A stretch of DNA of 64,000 nucleotides from Lingula anatina (Eukaryota; Animalia; Brachiopoda): contig CM120646.1 of NCBI GenBank assembly GCA_051362555.1, positions 1,054,001 to 1,118,000 of the forward strand, read 5' to 3'. The position numbers and the translations under genes are program-made. Below, one piece after another: positions 60,262-64,000 of this stretch. Each line of letters begins with the position of its first letter. Positions within the stretch are counted from its first letter, which is position 1. The notes beneath the pieces are model-generated. The model saw nothing but the letters and a program-made list of their open reading frames with translations. It did no database searches and was not told where the DNA came from.

Positions 60262-63200
60262 GTGAGAGAGAGAGATAGAGAGAGAGGGGGGAAGAGAGAG
60301 AGAGAGAGAGAGCAAATAAACTGTATAACAAATCAGTCTGAGAGTGATATGCATCATGCTTCATCAATCAAGAAACAACCTCCAATGCTGTACCAAATGC
60401 ATATTTAAAAAATTACAACAACATTAATGCTTTCACATATCCTTTTAGCATAAATATACTCACTTTTTCTCCCTTCCCACGGGAATAAGTTGGAAGAACC
60501 ACATGATAGACTACCTCGCAATTTTCAGACAAACTCCCATATTTCCTCGTCACCACCACCTCACCAAAACTGGCTGTCACTGTACTAAGTTCCTGAAATA
60601 TACAATTAATTAAAGCTACCAGTATGTCTAAAGTCTACTGTTTGATTGTCCAAAACAGCTCTAAATCTACATACATGTAGATAAATGACATACCTGAAAA
60701 AATTTCATGGCTCATTTCATAAAAATGTCCAGAATGTGTTTACACAATGACCAAAATGAGAAAAAATAAACACTGATAATAAAACTTACACATTCAAATG
60801 CTTATTTTCAAATAGTACACAGTTAATGAAATAATATTCTATAACCTACAGACTTTGCCTTCAGACAAACATATTTCAAAAAGTAGTTATCACATGCAAC
60901 ATATAAATGGAAACTCTTAGGCTGTGTTCAGAATAGGAGTTATTGTACAAGCACAATCGATCTATCTCAGCTAGCATTCTCAGAGATGTGCAGTCAGTGT
61001 AATCAGCTTTATGACCCAACAGTAACTTTAAGTACTGGAAAACTTTGTGGTCCGTGACGTTGTTCATGCTGCTTTGAGAAGGGACATACTAAGTTTATGA
61101 ATTGATACTCTATAACAATCAGACTTTGCATTCAGACAAACATGTTTAAAAATGAGTTTTCAAATGTATGGGTGTATTACAGACATGAGCCTATGTTTCC
61201 AAAAAAAAACCTCGAACATTTATCATATTACCAAACACCTTACCGTCCAATGGTCTGGAGGGAGGGGGGGGGGTCGCCTTAGGAATTGAATTAAAAAATG
61301 TGGAATTGCTGCGGAAAAAGCTCATGTATGGGTGTATTAGATAATTATAAATGACAACTCTTACATCTTGCAGTTCTTGTCCTCCCACTCTGAGGAACTG
61401 TCTGGCTATCTGACCATGCTCTAAGTTCAGGTCCTTTCCAACTACATTCACCAACACAGATGACTGAAATATTATTATTATTATTTTTCATAAGTGAAAG
61501 TTGTAAAACCTGAAAATCCAGAAAATGTAGCTTGCAATTTGTTATTGCAAAAAAAGAAAAAAATTATAACAATCTTGAAATATGGCATATAATTTTAATA
61601 TCATTTATAACAAACTCATTTCAAACTGAAGTATTGGTATCATTACTTTTAATTATTATATATTTTAATATCTTAAAATCACTTCACACCAAAATCACAA
61701 AAAAAGACCAAAATACATGTACCATTACGAAAGCTATCATTGCATTTACTTAATTATTTCTGATTTATACAATGTTAATAAAAATAATATACAGAAGCTT
61801 TACACATTGTTAATAAAAATAAACAATAAAAATAATGAAACTTGACCCAACTCACTCTCTTCTCTTTAGTTATATCCCCTTGCTGTAAAGTCACTGTAAT
61901 TCCACCTGTTTTCCACATGGTGTCACTTGCATTGCCTCTCCCTCTATCTCTGCTGCCCCGATTTCTGCTGCGGGGTCTGTCCTCATCTTCATCACTACTG
62001 TAGGCTGCTGCAGCACCTCTTGGAGAAGAGTGAGTCGAGTTTCTGAAATAAATCAAGAATCTTTATAATATCCCATTTTATGCAGAGGGTGGTGTAAAGG
62101 TTTGATAAATCAGTCTGAGATTATTCATCATTTTTGGCCAGTGGCAAATTTTGTGATCCCCTTTAAGTTTTTTTGTAATAAATGAAAAAATGATTACTTT
62201 TTTATAATATAAACTCCAGAGATCACTAGCAGGATATTCGAGTCTTAGAATTACAGTAAACCACAAATGCATATATTTCAAAATGTCTACATCAATTTTA
62301 ACACTAATCCATCTTGTTCCAATATGAATATGCATTTGGTTTTTATTTAAACTAAGAAAAGACATTGATTTGGCAAGTTCTTAAGTGTAAATTTGATTCT
62401 GAGGCAATAAATTGGCAGGTGTCAATTCAGCAGGAGTACCTGGGAGTAACAGGGGGGCGTTGTCTAGCCTCTACTTCAATCACACACTGGTGCTGGCTCT
62501 CCAGAGACTTCAGCAGACCATGGCCTAGTTGCTGTCTTGTCAGGAAATGAAACATGCCTGGAAACAAACAATGGTATTCAGTGATAAACAGAAGGCTGAA
62601 GCAATGAAGAAGTGCAGAAAGATAAAGCAAACTTATGGCTATGCTGTAACACGGGTCATACTGAAAATTTGTCATCTTCTTTCAGGGACAGATTCTTGAT
62701 TTTTAGTAAAGGAAAGGGGTGTGTGAATCCCAGTACGCCATCCCTGCCAATTGTGCCATTTGCCTTGGGTTTCACATATAAATATATATATCTTGTTTAA
62801 ATACAACTCTACTCTATCCCCCAACCCTACCCTCCAGCTGCAATCCTACGTACATAATCACATCAAACACAGTCACACCTAGCACAGTCACATGTAACAC
62901 AATAACATCTAACACAATCACATATAACACAATAACATCTAACACGGTCACATCTAACACAAGCACATCTCAAACAATCACAATCCCCCACACAGTCACA
63001 TCTACCACATTACGTTGCCATGGTTACATACCTGGTGTGGACCCTTGGAAGGTCACATGACCAATCTCTTTGAGCAGTTTGTTCACTTCATCTTTAAATT
63101 GTTCCACATCTTCCCTTACTCCGCTGACTGTCAGGTGATTGTCTTTGAAATTAAAGCTTATCCCCATCTTGGTCTTGGGTTGCCTGAAAAGATCATCATT

Positions 63201-63721
63201 TATTATGCATGTAACTAAATGAGGTTAAGGTAGTAAAAGTGCACTCAGAGCAGCAGACTAACAGTTGACATACTAGAAGAGAAATGTCATGACATTGTCT
63301 AATTTTAAAAAGAATACTTGGGTGTTTGGCAAAATAAAGAAACATACTGGTATAGTACTAGAAAACCATTGTAATAAATTGTTTCAATACTGGTATAATA
63401 TCTTAATTAAAGTAATGTTTAGACTCAAGCAATCCAAATCACTTTCTACTAAAAATGAAATACTTTTTTGACACTTATAATGTTGACAAAAACTAGTTAC
63501 ATTATCCCCAAACAACTATTGACTGAACTTAACTTTAATAAACTGATAAAAACTAAAGTGTTATCAGACTGACCTTGACCTCTGTCAAGGTCACTGCACA
63601 GGTGATTAACACCATGCACTTACCTCACAGCGCCTTTTATTCTAGCTTCACAGTGAGTCTTTAAATAAGAAAGCTTTCCTCTTTTGTCCACTGGTATTGT
63701 TGATGAAACAATGGTGTTTTC
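56044..63721 (-). CDS. PARP9/14/15-like ADP-ribosyltransferase (KH-like, macro, KH-like, ART); 11 exons, 5' part beyond window end
   Basis: Phase-consistent exons give 792 aa plus stop. Macro: LQQGDITKE...VLVN...SIAFPSIGCGNLKY. ART: PDYW...VQRIENPKLY...YLFHGT...GMFGRGIYFAEKSTKADQY...RVLLGK...FREFVIYDQQLCYPEFLVTY. Confidence 0.9.
56900..57099. mobile_element. Family 1 MITE in the last PARP intron
   Basis: TIR GGCTGCATTCAGAAG / CTGTTGTGAATGTGGCC; TAT TSD. Confidence 0.7.
57124..57912 (-). CDS. PARP exon (end of KH-like segment plus ART N-half)
   Basis: 789-nt open exon; FHGT and GIYFA motifs. Confidence 0.93.
58181..58429 (-). CDS. PARP exon (KH-like segment after macro)
   Basis: AG/gtatga; open and phase consistent. 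Confidence 0.85.
58744..58928. mobile_element. Family 1 MITE
   Basis: TIR GGTCACATTCACAACAG / CTGTTGTGAGTGCAGCC; TTA TSD. Confidence 0.75.
58975..59143. mobile_element. CAGG-terminal MITE, 5-bp TSD AATGC
   Basis: TIR CAGGCCCATAGCCAG / CTGGCTACGGGCCTG. Confidence 0.75.
59303..59417 (-). CDS. PARP exon (macro C-terminus, YVNLMVYDANTFQDF)
   Basis: tttcag/gtaagc. Confidence 0.85.
59718..59932. mobile_element. Family 2 MITE (opposite orientation)
   Basis: Reverse-complement similarity to 55487-55700; CTA flanks. Confidence 0.7.
60010..60180 (-). CDS. PARP exon (macro, SIAFPSIGCG)
   Basis: Macro signature; AG/GT. Confidence 0.9.
60222..60312. repeat. Compound (TG)n(AG)n microsatellite
   Basis: Visible run in a PARP intron. 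Confidence 0.9.
60464..60592 (-). CDS. PARP exon (macro, GEVVVT...VYHVVLP)
   Basis: tttcag/gtgagt; macro motif. Confidence 0.88.
61365..61463 (-). CDS. PARP exon (macro, VLVNVVGKDLNL...GGQELQD)
   Basis: tttcag/gtaaga. Confidence 0.88.
61856..62042 (-). CDS. PARP exon (acidic/RG linker plus macro start GDIT)
   Basis: tttcag/gtgagt. Confidence 0.88.
62440..62557 (-). CDS. PARP exon (GMFHFL...LESQHQCVIEV)
   Basis: AG/GT; resembles the segment preceding the macro domains in PARP14. Confidence 0.82.
62857..63005. repeat. 15-bp minisatellite (ACAATCACATCTAAC-like)
   Basis: About 9 imperfect copies beside a PARP donor site. Confidence 0.75.
63032..63183 (-). CDS. PARP exon (KH-like, LTVSGVREDVEQFKDEVNKLL)
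   Basis: ttttcag/gtatgt; phase consistent. Confidence 0.82.
63624..63721 (-). CDS. PARP exon (ENTIVSSTIPVDK...GAVR)
   Basis: ttctcag/gtaagt; phase fits the next exon. Confidence 0.75.
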
Positions 63722-64000
63722 CTGAGAATGAAAAGTACATACAATAGTGCAACAAATAGCAATCCCACTTGTTGTTAACTTTAAATACATTTACATGTAC
63801 CAGTGCCAGTATATCTATATTTCACAGAGTAGTAAGTGCCAGCTGCAAACTTTACAAACAACAGTGAAATATCATATAAATTATCTAAATATAATCTGAT
63901 TTGGTATCAAACTTAGCTCTGTAACAGAAAATTAAAATTATAGAAAAATTTATTTCAAGCAAAGTGTTTTGTATCTGAAAAATAAGTAGTAAAGCAACAT

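Overview
AT-rich, intron-rich eukaryotic DNA, most likely an invertebrate animal; the repeat types resemble those of molluscs and other lophotrochozoans, but the taxon is only inferred. There are three protein-coding genes, all on the minus strand. (1) A class I myosin (MYO1A/B type): I traced 18 phase-consistent coding exons of the motor domain from 27885 down to 3198 (594 codons), including a 14-nt YLLEK microexon. The gene continues past the window start, and a probable first exon and promoter lie near 48.1 kb. (2) A single-coding-exon 635-aa polytopic membrane protein (50569-52476) resembling a gustatory-receptor-like 7TM ion channel with two extra C-terminal helices. (3) The 3' part of a PARP9/14-like gene (11 exons, 63721-56044) with KH-like, macro and ART domains and an H-Y-E catalytic triad. 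The 11.8-kb myosin intron holds two non-autonomous Helentron (HINE/DINE-1-like) elements with 146-bp tandem cores. One has grown into a higher-order array, and the monomer is dense in nuclear-receptor half-sites. There are also several MITE families with target-site duplications (TSDs), an RTE LINE 3' fragment, minisatellites and microsatellites. Coordinates were counted by hand and no database searches were run.
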